Shown one piece after another: positions 1 to 14,862 of a stretch of 64,000 nucleotides of DNA (positions are counted from its first letter, which is position 1; each line of letters opens with the position of its first letter). Source of the DNA: Flaccisagitta enflata (Eukaryota); contig OZ231126.1 in the NCBI GenBank assembly GCA_965153355.1, positions 26,474,001 through 26,538,000 on the forward strand. The letters run 5' to 3'. A program made the translations under genes and the position numbers. The notes beneath the pieces are model-generated. The model was not told where the DNA came from and did no database searches. It saw only the letters and a program-made list of their open reading frames with translations.

Positions 1-424
1 AAGGGGAAATGACACTAGGAAAAAAAATTGGGTCAAAAAGTTCAATCGTTTTGAAAATATAAGCGTTTTTGTCTTTTTAAGATGTGATATATAATATATC
101 ATATGAAATATAGATTACAATGAGTTTTTTTTAGCATTTTGGGTGGTTGGTCAATGGTAATGGATAGTGCACAGGAAAAAATGACATTAGAAAAAAAATC
201 AGGTCAAAAAACTGATTTTTTCTTAAGTTAGAAGCGATTTTGCCTTTTTATAATATGATATTTATAAGTAAGAATGGACATGCTTAATCAATGAATAATG
301 ACTTTAAAATTGAAAATTTGAGTTATCTGAGTCCAAACCAGCATAATTCAGTAAGACCAAAGATAGATTAGCAAATTTAAAGGAAAGCAAACACCCTAAT
401 GTTTATGTAGAGTCACCTGTTTTA

Positions 425-1011
425 AAGGGTGTAGAATAGAGAGAGAACCATGTTCTTTCCCTAACTTTAAGATGATATCTACGCATCAGCAATACTTTTG
501 AAACCTAGTGAGAGGTCACATTTCACTAGTTTAGGATGTAGTGAACACATCATGAAAAAAAAACTGAACATTTTTCAATCATATGGCCGTACGGCCTCTC
601 GACAGGGAAAGCCTGGAATTTTTAAGCAAATCCCCTCAATTTTAAAAGGCCAATTTGACTGACTTAAACCTAATAAAGAAGCTGAGATTAGAACATAGAA
701 CATCCATGCTACAACACGGTAGGATCAATATCAAATTTCAAAGATCAGGCCTGGTAAATTTTTAGGATTAAGGAGGCGAAAGTGAATGTAGTATTCATAG
801 CATATACCCTTTTTCACTCCAAACGCTCAAAATCCTAATGGTTGTAACCATTTTGGATTGAGTTTTTTTTTTTTGCTCTGAGCGCTTCCTCTTAATGTTT
901 ACTTTGGAAGGATTTACCACAAAAAAATAGATCCAGCTAAAAAATTCAAATTTAAGCGCTCAAACAACTGTGACTCAGTTGCGGCATGATTCTCCGGTAG
1001 TCTACGCCCTT
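425..1011. mobile_element. Non-autonomous TIR element (MITE, unit B), first of 10 copies in the array
   Basis: Termini AAGGGTGTAGAATA ... TAGTCTACGCCCTT form an imperfect inverted repeat flanked by TA. The empty site CCTGTTTTATAAGGGG is seen at A-A junctions (e.g. ~1481-1496). Confidence 0.75.
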
Positions 1012-4000
1012 TATAAGGGGGTTTTTTCAGCATTTTGGGTGGTTTGTCTATGGTAATGGATAGTCAAGAAGGGGAAATGACACTAGGAAAAAAAAATTGG
1101 GTCAAAAAGTTCAATCGTTTTGGAAATATAAGCGTTTTTATCTTTTTAAGTGTGATATAATATATCATATGAAATATAAGAGTTACAATAAAGTTTTAGC
1201 ATTTTGGGTGGTTGGTCAATGGTAATGGATAGTGCTCAGGAAAAATAACATTAGAAAAAAGAATCAGGTCAAAAAACTGATTTTTTCTTAAGTTAGAAGC
1301 GAATTTTGCCTTTTTATAATATGATATTTATAATTAATAATGGACATGCTTAATCAATGAATATTGACTTTAAAATTGAAAATTTGAGTTATCTGAGTCC
1401 AAACCAGCATAATTCAGTAAGACCAAAGATAGATTAGCAAATTTAAAGGAAAACAAACACCTAATGTTTATGTAGAGTCACCTGTTTTATAAGGGGTTTT
1501 TTCAGCATTTTAGGTGGTTTGTCTATGGTAATGGATAGTCAGAAGAAATGACACTAGGAGAAAAAAATTGGGTCAAAAAGTTCAATCGTTTTGAAAATAT
1601 AAGCGTTTTTGTCTTTTTAAGATGTGATATATAATATATCATATGAAATATAGGTTACAATGAGTTTTTTTAGCATTTTGGGTGGTTGGTCAATGGTAAT
1701 GGATAGTGCACAGGAAAAAATAACATTAGAAAAAAGAATCAGGTCAAAAAACTGATTTTTCTTAAGTTAAAGCGATTTTGCCTTTTTATAATATGATATT
1801 TATAATCAATAATGGACATGCTTAATCAATGAATATTGACTTTAAAATTGAAAATTTGAGTTATCTGAGTCCAAACCAGCATAATTCAGTAAGACCAAAG
1901 ATCGATTTGCAAATTTAAAGGAAAACAAACACCCTAATGTTTATGTAGAGTCACCTGTTTTAAAGGGTGTAGAATAGAGGGAGAACCATGTTCTTTCCCT
2001 AACTTTAAGATGATATCTACGCATCAACCAATACTTTTGAAACCTAGTGAGAGGGTCTGTTCATAGTTTAGGATGTGAGTGAACACATCATGAAAAAAAA
2101 ACTGAACATTTTTCAATCATATGGCCGTACGGCCTCTCGACAAGGAAAGCCTGGAATTTTTAAGCAAATCCCCTCAATTTTCAAAGGCCAATTTGACTGA
2201 CTTAAACCTAATAGGAAAGCTTGAGATTGAACATAAGAACATCCATGCTACAACACGGCGGATCAATATCAAAATTTCAAAGATCAGGCCTGGTAAATTT
2301 TCAGGATTAACGAGCGAAAAGTGAATGTAGTGATATAGCATATACCCTTTTTCACTCCAAACGCTTCAAAATCCTAATAGGTTAACCATTTTGGAGGTTT
2401 TTTTTGCTCTGAGCGCTTCCTCTTAATGTTTACTTTGGAAGAGTCTACCACAAGAAAATAGATCCCGCAAAAAAATTCAAATTTAAGCGCTCAAACGACT
2501 GTGACTCAGTTACAGCATCATTCTCTGGTAGTCTACGCCCTTTATAAGGGGTTTTTTTTTCAGCATTTTGGGTGGTTTGTCTATGGTAATGGATAGTCAA
2601 GAAGGGGAAATGACACTAGGAAAAAAAAATTGGGTCAAAAAGTTCAATCGTTTTGAAATATAAGCGTTTTTGTCTTTTTAAGATGTGATATATAATAAAT
2701 CATATGAAATATAAGTTACAATGAGTTTTTTTAGCATTTTAGGTGGTTGGTCAATGGTAATGGATAGTGCACAGGAAAAAATGACATTAGGAAAAAGAAT
2801 CAGGTCAAAAAACTGATTTTTTCTTAAGTTAGAAGCGATTTTTGCCTTTTTATAATATGATATTTATAAGTAATAATGGACATGCTTAATCAATGAATAT
2901 TGACTTTAAAATTGAAAATTTGAGTTATCTGAGTCCAAACCAGCATAATTCAGTAAGACCAAAGATAGATTAGCAAATTTAAAGGAAAACAAACACCCTA
3001 ATGTTTATGTAGAGTCACCTGTTTTATAAGGGGGGTTTTTTCAGCATTTTGGGTGGTTTGTCTATGGTAATGGATAGTCAAGAAGGGGAAATGACACTAG
3101 GAAAAAAAATTGGGTCAAAAAGTTCAATCGTTTTGGAAATATAAGCGTTTTTGTCTTTTTAAGATGTGATATATAATATATCATATGAAATATAGGTTAC
3201 AATGAGTTTTTTTAGCATTTTGGGTGGTTGGTCAATGGTAATGGATAGTGCACAGGAAAAAATAACATTAGAAAAAAGAATCAGGTCAAAAAACTGATTT
3301 TTTCTTAAGTTAGAAGCGATTTTTGCCTTTTTATAATATGATATTTATAATTAATAATGGACATGCTTAATCAATGAATATTGACTTTAAAATTGAAAAT
3401 TTGAGTTATCTGAGTCCAAACCAGCATAATTCAGTAAGACCAAAGATAGATTAGCAAATTTAAAGGAAAACAAACACCCTAATGTTTATGTAGAGTCACC
3501 TGTTTTAAAGGGTGTAGAATAGAGGGAGAACCATGTTCTTTCCCTAACTTTAAGATGATATCTACGCATCAACCAATACTTTTGAAACCTAGTGAGAGGG
3601 TCTGTTCATAGTTTAGGATGTGAGTGAACACATCATGAAAAAAAACTGAACATTTTTCAATCATATGGCCGTACGGCCTCTCGACAAGGAAAGCCTGGAA
3701 TTTTTAAGCAAATCCCCTCAATTTTCAAAGGCCAATTTGACTGACTTAAACCTAATAGGAAAGCTTGAGATTGAACATAAGAACATCCATGCTACAACAC
3801 GGCGGATCAATATCAAAATTTCAAAGATCAGGCCTGGTAAATTTTCAGGATTAAGGAGCGAAAAGTGAATGTAGTGATATAGCATATACCCTTTTTTCAC
3901 TCCAAACGCTTCAAAATCCTAATAGGTTAACCATTTTTGAGGTTTTTTTTGCTCTGAGCGCTTCCTCTTAATGTTTACTTTGGAAGAGTCTACCACAAGA

Positions 4001-7000
4001 AAATAGATCCCGCAAAAAAATTCAAATTTAAGCGCTCAAACAACTGTGACTCAGTTGCGGCATGATTCTCCGGTAGTCTACGCCCTTTATAAGGGGGGTT
4101 TTTTCAGCATTTTGGGTGGTTTGTCTATGGTAATGGATAGTCAAGAAGGGGAAATGACACTAGGAAAAAAAATTGGGTCAAAAAGTTCAATCGTTTTGGA
4201 AATATAAGCGTTTTTATCTTTTTAAGATGTGATATATAATATATCATATGAAATATAGGTTACAATGAGTTTTTTTAGCATTTTGGGTGGTTGGTCAATG
4301 GTAATGGATAGTGCACAGGAAAAAATAACATTAGAAAAAAGAATCAGGTCAAAAAACTGATTTTTTCTTAAGTTAGAAGCGATTTTTGCCTTTTTATAAT
4401 ATGATATTTATAAGTAAGAATGGACATGCTTAATCAATGAATATTGACTTTAAAATTGAAAATTTGAGTTATCTGAGTCCAAACCATCATAATTCAGTAA
4501 GACCAAAGATAGATTTGCAAATTTAAAGGAAAACAAACACCCTAATGTTTATGTAGAGTCACCTGTTTAAAAGGGGGTTTTTTTCAGCATTTTGGGTGGT
4601 TTGTCTATGGTAATGGATAGTCAAGAAGGGGAAATGACACTAGGAAAAAAAATTGGGTCAAAAAGTTCAATCGTTTTGGAAATATAAGCGTTTTTATCTT
4701 TTTAAGATGTGATATATAATATATCATATGAAATATAGGTTACAATGAGTTTTTTTAGCATTTTGGGTGGTTGGTCAATGGTAATGGATAGTGCACAGGA
4801 AAAAATTACATTAGGAAAAAGAATCAGGTCAAAAAACTGATTTTTTCTTAAGTTAGAAGCGATTTTTGCCTTTTTATAATATGATATTTATAATTAATAA
4901 TGGACATGCTTAATCAATGAATATTGACTTTAAAATTGAAAATTTGAGTTATCTGAGTCCAAACCAGCATAATTCAGTAAGACCAAAGATAGATTAGCAA
5001 ATTTAAAGGAAAACAAACACCCTAATGTTTATGTAGAGTCACCTGTTTTAAAGGGTGTAGAATAGAGGGAGAACCATGTTCTTTCCCTAACTTTAAGATG
5101 ATATCTACGCATCAACCAATACTTTTGAAACCTAGTGAGAGGGTCTGTTCATAGTTTAGGATGTGAGTGAACACATCATGAAAAAAAAACTGAACATTTT
5201 TCAATCATATGGCCGTACGGCCTCTCGACAAGGAAAGCCTGGAATTTTTAAGCAAATCCCCTCAATTTTCAAAGGCCAATTTGACTGACTTAAACCTAAT
5301 AGGAAAGCTTGAGATTGAACATAAGAACATCCATGCTACAACACGGCGGATCAATATCAAAATTTCAAAGATCAGGCCTGGTAAATTTTCAGGATTAAGG
5401 AGCGAAAAGTGAATGTAGTGATATAGCATATACCCTTTTTTCACTCCAAACGCTTCAAAATCCTAATAGGTTAACCATTTTGGAGGTTTTTTTGCTCTGA
5501 GCGCTTCCTCTTAATGTTTACTTTGGAAGAGTTTACCACAAGAAAATAGATCCCGCAAAAAAAATTCAAATTTAAGCGCTCAAACAACTGTGACTCAGTT
5601 GCGGCATGATTCTCCGGTAGTCTACGCCCTTTATAAGGGGTTTTTTTCAGCATTTTGGGTGGTTTGTCTATGGTAATGGATAGTCAAGAAGGGGAAATGA
5701 CACTAGGAAAAAAATTGGGTCAAAAAGTTCAATCGTTTTGGAAATATAAGCGTTTTTATCTTTTTAAGATGTGATATATAATATATCATATGAAATATAG
5801 GTTACAATGAGTTTTTTTAGCATTTTGGGTGGTTGGTCAATGGTAATGGATAGTGCTCAGGAAAAAATAACATTAGAAAAAAGAATCAGGTCAAAAAACT
5901 GATTTTTTCTTAAGTTAGAAGCGATTTTTGCCTTTTTATAATATGATATTTATAATTAATAATGGACATGCTTAATCAATGAATATTGACTTTAAAATTG
6001 AAAATTTGAGTTATCTGAGTCCAAACCAGCATAATTCAGTAAGACCAAAGATAGATTTGCAAATTTAAAGGAAAACAAACACCCTAATGTTTATGTAGAG
6101 TCACCTGTTTTAAAGGGGGGTTTTTTCAGCATTTTGGGTGGTTTGTCTATGGTAATGGATAGTCAAGAAGGGAAATGACACTAGGAAAAAAAATTGGGTC
6201 AAAAAGTTCAATCGTTTTGGAAATATAAGCGTTTTTATCTTTTTAAGATGTGATATATAATATATCATATGAAATATAGGTTACAATGAGTTTTTTTAGC
6301 ATTTTGGGTGGTTGGTCAATGGTAATGGATAGTGCACAGGAAAAAATAACATTAGAAAAAAGAATCAGGTCAAAAAACTGATTTTTTCTTAAGTTAGAAG
6401 CGATTTTTGCCTTTTTATAATATGATATTTATAATCAATAATGGACATGCTTAATCAATGAATATTGACTTTAAAATTGAAAATTTGAGTTATCTGAGTC
6501 CAAACCAGCATAATTCAGTAAGACCAAAGATAGATTAGCAAATTTAAAGGAAAACAAACACCCTAATGTTTATGTAGAGTCACCTGTTTTAAAGGGTGTA
6601 GAATAGAGGGAGAACCATGTTCTTTCCCTAACTTTAAGATGATATCTACGCATCAACCAATACTTTTGAAACCTAGTGAGAGGGTCTGTTCATAGTTTAG
6701 GATGTGAGTGAACACATCATGAAAAAAAACTGAACATTTTTCAATCATATGGCCGTACGGCCTCTCGACAAGGAAAGCCTGGAATTTTTAAGCAAATCCC
6801 CTCAATTTTCAAAGGCCAATTTGACTGACTTAAACCTAATAGGAAAGCTTGAGATTGAACATAAGAACATCCATGCTACAACACGGCGGATCAATATCAA
6901 AATTTCAAAGATCAGGCCTGGTAAATTTTCAGGATTAAGGAGCGAAAAGTGAATGTAGTGATATAGCATATACCCTTTTTCACTCCAAACGCTTCAAAAT

Positions 7001-10000
7001 CCTAATAGGTTAACCATTTTGGAGGTTTTTTTGCTCTGAGCGCTTCCTCTTAATGTTTACTTTGGAAGAGTTTACCACAAGAAAATAGATCCCGCAAAAA
7101 AATTCAAATTTAAGCGCTCAAACAACTGTGACTCAGTTGCGGCATGATTCTCCGGTAGTCTACGCCCTTTATAAGGGGGTTTTTTCAGCATTTTGGGTGG
7201 TTTGTCTATGGTAATGGATAGTCAAGAAGGGGAAATGACACTAGGAAAAAAATTGGGTCAAAAAGTTCAATCGTTTTGGAAATATAAGCGTTTTTATCTT
7301 TTTAAGATGTGATATATAATATATCATATGAAATATAGGTTACAATGAGTTTTTTTAGCATTTTGGGTGGTTGGTCAATGGTAATGGATAGTGCACAGGA
7401 AAAAATAACATTAGAAAAAAGAATCAGGTCAAAAAACTGATTTTTTCTTAAGTTAGAAGCGATTTTTGCCTTTTTATAATATGATATTTATAATTAATAA
7501 TGGACATGCTTAATCAATGAATATTGACTTTAAAATTGAAAATTTGAGTTGTCTGAGTCCAAACCAGCATAATTCAGTAAGACCAAAGATAGATTAGCAA
7601 ATTTAAAGGAAAACAAACACCTTAATGTTTATGTAGAGTCACCTGTTTTAAAGGGTTTTAGCATTTTGGGTGGTTTGTCTATGGTAATGGATAGTCAAGA
7701 AGGGGAAATGACACTAGGAAAAAAATTGGGTCAAAAAGTTCAATCGTTTTGGAAATATAAGCGTTTTTATCTTTTTAAGATGTGATATATAATATATCAT
7801 ATGAAATATAGGTTACAATGAGTTTTTAGCATTTTGGGTGGTTGGTCAATGGTAATGGATAGTGCACAGGAAAAAATAACATTAGGAAAAAGAATCAGGT
7901 CAAAAAACTGATTTTTTCTTAAGTTAGAAGCGATTTTTGCCTTTTTATAATATGATATTTATAATTAATAATGGACATGCTTAATCAATGAATATTGACT
8001 TTAAAATTGAAAATTTGGGTTATCTGAGTCCAAACCAGCATAATTCAGTAAGACCAAAGATAGATTAGCAAATTTAAAGGAAAACAAACAACCTAATGTT
8101 TATGTAGAGTCACCTGTTTTAAAGGGTGTAGAATAGAGGGAGAACCATGTTCTTTCCCTAACTTTAAGATGATATCTACGCATCAACCAATACTTTTGAA
8201 ACCTAGTGGGAGGGTCTGTTCATAGTTAAGGATGTGAGTGAACACATTGTGAAAAAAAAACTGAACATTTTTCAATCATATGGCCGTACGGCCTCTCGAT
8301 AGGGAAAGCCTGGGATTTTTAAGCAAATCCCCTCAATTTTCAAAGGCCAATTTGACTGACTGAAACCTAATAGGAAAGCTTGAGATTGAACATAAGAACA
8401 TCCATGCTACAACACGGCGGATCAATATCAAAATTTCAAAGATCAGGCCTGGTAAATTTTCAGGATTAAGGAGCGAAAAGTGAATGTAGTGATATAGCAT
8501 ATACCCTTTTTTCACTCCAAACGCTTCAAAATCCTAATAGGTTAACCATTTTGGAGGTTTTTTTGCTCTGAGCGCTTCCTCTTAATGTTTACTTTGGAAG
8601 AGTTTACCACAAGAAAATAGATCACACAAAAAATTTCAAATTTAAGCGCTCAAACAACTGTGACTCAGTTGCGGCATGATTCTCCGGTAGTCTACGCCCT
8701 TTATAAGAAGTTTTTTCAGCATTTTGGGTGGTTTGTCTATGGTAATGGATAGTCAAGAAGGGGAAATGACACTAGGAAAAAAATTGGGTCAAAAAGTTCA
8801 ATCGTTTTGGAAATATAAGCGTTTTTATCTTTTTAAGATGTGATATATAATATATCATATGAAATATAGGTTACAATGAGTTTTTTTAGCATTTTGGGTG
8901 GTTGGTCAATGGTAATGGATAGTGCTCAGGAAAAAATAACATTAGAAAAAAGAATCAGGTCAAAAAACTGATTTTTTCTTAAGTTAAAGCGATTTTTGCC
9001 TTTTTATAATATGATATTTATAATTAATAATGGACATGCTTAATCAATGAATATTGACTTTAAAATTGAAAATTTGAGTTATCTGAGTCCAAACCAGCAT
9101 AATTCAGTAAGACCAAAGATAGATTAGCAAATTTAAAGGAAAACAAACACCCTAATGTTTATGTAGAGTCACCTGTTTTATAAGGGGGGTTTTTTCAGCA
9201 TTTTGGGTGGTTTGTCTATGGTAATGGATAGTCAAGAAGGGGAAATGACACTAGGAAAAAAAATTGGGTCAAAAAGTTCAATCGTTTAGGAAATATAAGC
9301 GTTTTTGTCTTTTTAAGATGTGATATATAATATATCATATGAAATATAGGTTACTATGAGTTTTTTTAGCATTTTGGGTGGTTGGTCAATGGTAATGGAT
9401 AGTGCACAGGAAAAAATAACATTAGAAAAAAGAATCAGGTCAAAAAACTGATTTTTTCTTAAGTTAGAAGCGATTTTTGCCTTTTTATAATATGATATTT
9501 ATAATTAATAATGGACATGCTTAATCAATGAATATTGACTTTAAAATTGAAAATTTGAGTTATCTGAGTCCAAACCAGCATAATTCAGTAAGACCAAAGA
9601 TAGATTAGCAAATTTAAAGGAAAACAAACACCCTAATGTTTATGTAGAGTCACCTGTTTTAAAGGGTGTAGAATAGAGGGAGAACCATGTTCTTTCCCTA
9701 ACTTTAAGATGATATCTACGCATCAACCAATACTTTTGAAACCTAGTGGGAGGGTCTGTTCATAGTTTAGGATGTGAGTGAACACATCATGAAAAAAAAA
9801 CTGAACATTTTTCAATCATATGGCCGTACGGCCTCTCGACAAGGAAAGCCTGGAATTTTTAAGCAAATCCCCTCAATTTTCAAAGGCCAATTTGACTGAC
9901 TTAAACCTAATAGGAAAGCTTGAGATTGAACATAAGAACATCCATGCTACAACACGGCGGATCAATATCAAAATTTCAAAGATCAGGCCTGGTAAATTTT

Positions 10001-13000
10001 CAGGATTAAGGAGCGAAAAGTGAATGGTGATATAGCATATACCCTTTTTCCCTCCAACGCTTCAAAATCCTAATAGGTTAACCATTTTGGAGGTTTTTTG
10101 CTCTAGCGCTTCCTCTTAATGTTTACTTTGGAAGAGTTTACCACAAGAAAATAGATCCCATAAAAAATTCAAATTTAAGCGCTCAAACAACTGTGACTCA
10201 GTTGCGGCATGATTCTCCGGTAGTCTACGCTTTATAAGGGTTTTCAGCATTTTGGGTGGTTTGTCTATGGTAATGGATAGTCAAGAAGGGGAAATGACAC
10301 TAGGAAAAAAAATTGGGTCAAAAAGTTCAATCGTTTTGAAAATATAAGCGTTTTTATCTTTTTAAGATGTGATATATAATATATCATATGAAATATAGGT
10401 TACAATGAGTTTTTTTAGCATTTTGGGTGGTTGGTCAATGGTAATGGATAGTGCTCAGGAAAAAATAACATTAGAAAAAAGAATCAGGTCAAAAAACTGA
10501 TTTTTTCTTAAGTTAGAAGCGATTTTTGCCTTTTTATAATATGATATTTATAATTAATAATGGACATGCTTAATCAATGAATATTGACTTTAAAATTGAA
10601 AATTTGAGTTATCTGAGTCCAAACCATCATAATTCAGTAAGACCAAAGATAGATTTGCAAATTTAAAGGAAAACAAACACCCTAATGTTTATGTAGAGTC
10701 ACCTGTTTTATAAGGGGGGTTTTTTCAGCATTTTGGGTGGTTTGTCTATGGTAATGGATAGTCAAGAAGGGGAAATGACACTAGGAAAAAAAATTGGGTC
10801 AAAAAGTTCAATCGTTTTGGAAATATAAGCGTTTTTGTCTTTTTAAGATGTGATATATAATATATCATATGAAATATAGGTTACAATGAGTTTTTTTAGC
10901 ATTTTGGGTGGTTGGTCAATGGTAATGGATAGTGCACAGGAAAAAATGACATTAGGAAAAAGAATCAGGTCAAAAAACTGATTTTTTCTTAAGTTAGAAG
11001 CGATTTTTGCCTTTTTATAATATGATATTTATAATCAATAATGGACATGCTTAATCAATGAATATTGACTTTAAAATTGAAAATTTGAGTTATCTGAGTC
11101 CAAACCATCATAATTCAATAAGACCAAAGATAGATTTGCAAATTTAAAGGAAAACAAACACCCTACTGTTTATGTAGAGTCACCTGTTTTAAAGGGTGTA
11201 GAATAGAGGGAGAACCATGTCCTTTCCCTAACTTTGAGATGATATCTACGCATCAACCAATACTTTTGAAACCTAGTGGGAGGGTCTGTTCATAGTTTAG
11301 GATGTGAGTGAACACATCATGAAAAAAAAACTGAACATTTTTCAATCATATGGCCGTACGGCCTCTCGACAGGGAAAGCCTGGGATTTTTAAGCAAATCC
11401 CTTCAATTTTCAAAGGCCAATTTGACTGACTTAAACCTAATAGGAAAGCTTGAGATTGAACATAAGAACATCCATGCTACAACACGGCGGATCAATATCA
11501 AAATTTCAAAGATCAGGCCTGGTAAATTTTCAAGATTAAGGAGCGAAAAGTGAATGTAGTGATATAGCATATACCTTTTTTTCACTCCAAACGCTTCAAA
11601 ATCCTAATAGGTTAACCATTTTGGAGGTTTTTTTGCTCTGAGCGCTTCCTCTTAATGTTTACTTTGGAAGAGTTTACCACAAGAAAATAGATCCATAAAA
11701 AAATTCAAATTTAAGCGCTCAAACAACTGTGACTCAGTTGCGGCATGATTCTCCGGTAGTCTACGCCCTTTATAAGGGTTTTTTCAGCATTTTGGGTGGT
11801 TTGTCTATGGTAATGGATAGTCAAGAAGGGGAAATGACACTAGGAAAAAAAATTGGGTCAAAAAGTTCAATCGTTTTGGAAATATAAGCGTTTTTATCTT
11901 TTTAAGATGTGATATATAATATATCATATGAAATATAGGTTACAATGAGTTTTTTTAGCATTTTGGGTGGTTGGTCAATGGTAATGGATAGTGCACAGGA
12001 AAAAATGACATTAGGAAAAAGAATCAGGTCAAAAAACTGATTTTTTCTTAAGTTAGAAGCGATTTTTGCCTTTTTATAATATGATATTTATAAGTAAGAA
12101 TGGACATGCTTAATCAATGAATATTGACTTTAAAATTAAAAATTTGAGTTATCTGAGTCCAAACCATCATAATTCAGTAAGACCAAAGATAGATTTGCAA
12201 ATTTAAAGGAAAACAAACACCCTAATGTTTATGTAGAGTTTTTTTCACCCTAATGTTTATGTAGAGTTTTTTTCAGCATTTTGGGTGGTTTGTCTATGGT
12301 AATGTATAGTCAAGAAGGGGAAATGACACTAGGAAAAAAAATTGGGTCAAAAAGTTCAACCGTTTTGAAGTATAAGCGTTTTTGTCTTTTTAAGATGTAA
12401 TATATAATAAATCATATGAAATATAAGTTACAATGAGTTTTTTTAGCATTTTGGGTGGTTGGTCAATGGTAATGGATAGTGCACAGGAAAAAATGACATT
12501 AGAAAAAAGAATCAGGTCAAAAAACTGATTTTTTCTTAAGTTAGAAGCGATTTTGCCTTTTTATAATATGATATTTATAATTAATAATGGACATGCTTAA
12601 TCAATGAATATTGACTTTAAAATTGAAAATTTGAGTTATCTGAGTCCAAACCAGCATAATTCAGTAAGACCAAAGATAGATTTGCAAATTTAAAGGAAAA
12701 CAAACACCCTAATGTTTATGTAGAGTCACCTGTTTTAAAGGGTGTAGAATAGAGGAAGAACCATGTCCTTTCCCTAACTTTAAGATGATATCTACGCATC
12801 AACCAATACTTTTGAAACCTAGTGGGAGGGTCTGTTCATAGTTTAGGATGTGAGTGAACATATCGTGAAAAAAAAACTGAACATTTTTCAATCATATGGC
12901 CGTACGGCCTCTCGACAGGGAAAGCCTGGGATTTTTAAGCAAATCCCCTCAATTTTCAAAGGCCAATTTGACTGACTTAAACCTAATAGGAAAGCTTGAG

Positions 13001-14281
13001 ATTGAACATAAGAACATCCATGCTACAACACGGCGGATCAATATCAAAATTTCAAAGATCAGGCCTGGTAAATTTTCAGGATTAAGGAGCGAAAAGTGAA
13101 TGTAGTGATATAGCATATACCCTTTTTTCACTCCAAACGCTTCAAAATCCTAATAGGTTAACCATTTTTGAGGTTTTTTTTGCTCTGAGCGCTTCCTCTT
13201 AATGTTTACTTTGGAAGAGTCTACCACAAGAAAATAGATCCCGCAAAAAAATTCAAATTTAAGCGCTCAAACGACTGTGACTCAGTTACGGCATGATTCT
13301 CCGGTAGTCTACGCCCTTTATAAGGGGGGTTTTTTCAGCATTTTGGGTGGTTTGTCTATGGTAATGGATAGTCAAGAAGGGGAAATGACACTAGGAAAAA
13401 AAATTGGGTCAAAAAGTTCAATCGTTTTGGAAATATAAGCGTTTTTGTCTTTTTAAGATGTGATATATAATATATCATATGAAATATAGGTTACAATGAG
13501 TTTTTTTAGCATTTTGGGTGGTTGGTCAATGGTAATGGATAGTGCACAGGAAAAAATAACATTAGGAAAAAGAATCAGGTCAAAAAACTGATTTTTTCTT
13601 AAGTTAGAAGCGATTTTTGCCTTTTTATAATATGATATTTATAAGTAAGAATGGACATGCTTAATCAATGAATATTGACTTTAAAATTGAAAATTTGAGT
13701 TATCTGAGTCCAAACCATCATAATTCAGTAAGACCAAAGATAGATTTGCAAATTTAAAGGAAAACAAACACCCTAATGTTTATGTAGAGTCACCTGTTTT
13801 AAAGGGGGTTTTTTTCAGCATTTTGGGTGGTTTGTCTATGGTAATGGATAGTCAAGAAGGGGAAATGACACTAGGAAAAAAAATTGGGTCAAAAAGTTCA
13901 ATCGTTTTGAAAATATAAGCGTTTTTGTCTTTTTAAGATGTGATATATAATATATCATATGAAATATAGGTTACAATGAGTTTTTTTAGCATTTTGGGTG
14001 GTTGGTCAATGGTAATGGATAGTGCACAGGAAAAAATGACATTAGGAAAAAGAATCAGGTCAAAAAACTGATTTTTTCTTAAGTTAGAAGCGATTTTTGC
14101 CTTTTTATAATATGATATTTATAAGTAAGAATGGACATGCTTAATCAATGAATATTGACTTTAAAATTGAAAATTTGAGTTATCTGAGTCCAAACCAGCA
14201 TAATTCAGTAAGACCAAAGATAGATTAGCAAATTTAAAGGAAAACAAACACCCTAATGTTTATGTAGAGTCACCTGTTTTA

Positions 14282-14862
14282 AAGGGTGTAGAATAGAGGG
14301 AGAACCATGTTCTTTCCCTAACTTTAAGATGATATCTACGCATCAACCAATACTTTTGAAACCTAGTGAGAGGGTCTGTTCATAGTTTAGGATGTGAGTG
14401 AACACATCGTGAAAAAAAAACTGAACATTTTTCAATCATATGGCCGTACGGCCTCTCGACAGGGAAAGCCTGGAATTTTTAAGCAAATCCCCTCAATTTT
14501 CAAAGGCCAATTTGACTGACTTAAACCTAATAGGAAAGCTTGAGATTGAACATAAGAACATCCATGCTACAACACGGCGGATCAATATCAAAATTTCAAA
14601 GATCAGGCCTGGTAAATTTTCAAGATTAAGGAGCGAAAAGTGAATGTAGTGATATAGCATATACCTTTTTTTCACTCCAAACGCTTCAAAATCCTAATAG
14701 GTTAACCATTTTGGAGGTTTTTTTTGCTCTGAGCGCTTCCTCTTAATGTTTACTTTGGAAGAGTTTACCACAAGAAAATAGATCCCGCAAAAAAATTCAA
14801 ATTTAAGCGCTCAAACAACTGTGACTCAGTTGCGGCATGATTCTCCGGTAGTCTACGCCCTT
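14282..14862. mobile_element. Last copy of MITE B; its right terminus is the array boundary and abuts paralogue 1
   Basis: ...TAGTCTACGCCCTT is followed directly by coding sequence (aggtaacttttcg). Confidence 0.75.

Larger units (their letters stand above)
1..14862. repeat. Higher-order tandem array, period ~1540 bp (A-A-B: two ~480-bp monomers + ~585-bp TIR element), ~9.7 units, continuing off the left edge
   Basis: A near-identical 67-aa ORF recurs at 2121, 3665, 5209, 6749, 9820, 11350, 12896 and 14440, with broken copies at ~582 and ~8280. The monomer start CAGCATTTTGGGTGGTTTGTCTATGG recurs every ~480 bp. Confidence 0.97.

Noticed and set aside
2121-14643. Repeated 67-aa ORF (MAVRPLDKES...) and antisense 60-aa ORF
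   Set aside because: They lie within the MITE of the array, are broken in some copies and have no recognisable domain; recurrence reflects DNA amplification.
1-14862. CRISPR-like or rDNA/5S/histone array
   Set aside because: Spacers are not unique, there are no cas genes, and no rRNA or histone sequence is recognisable.
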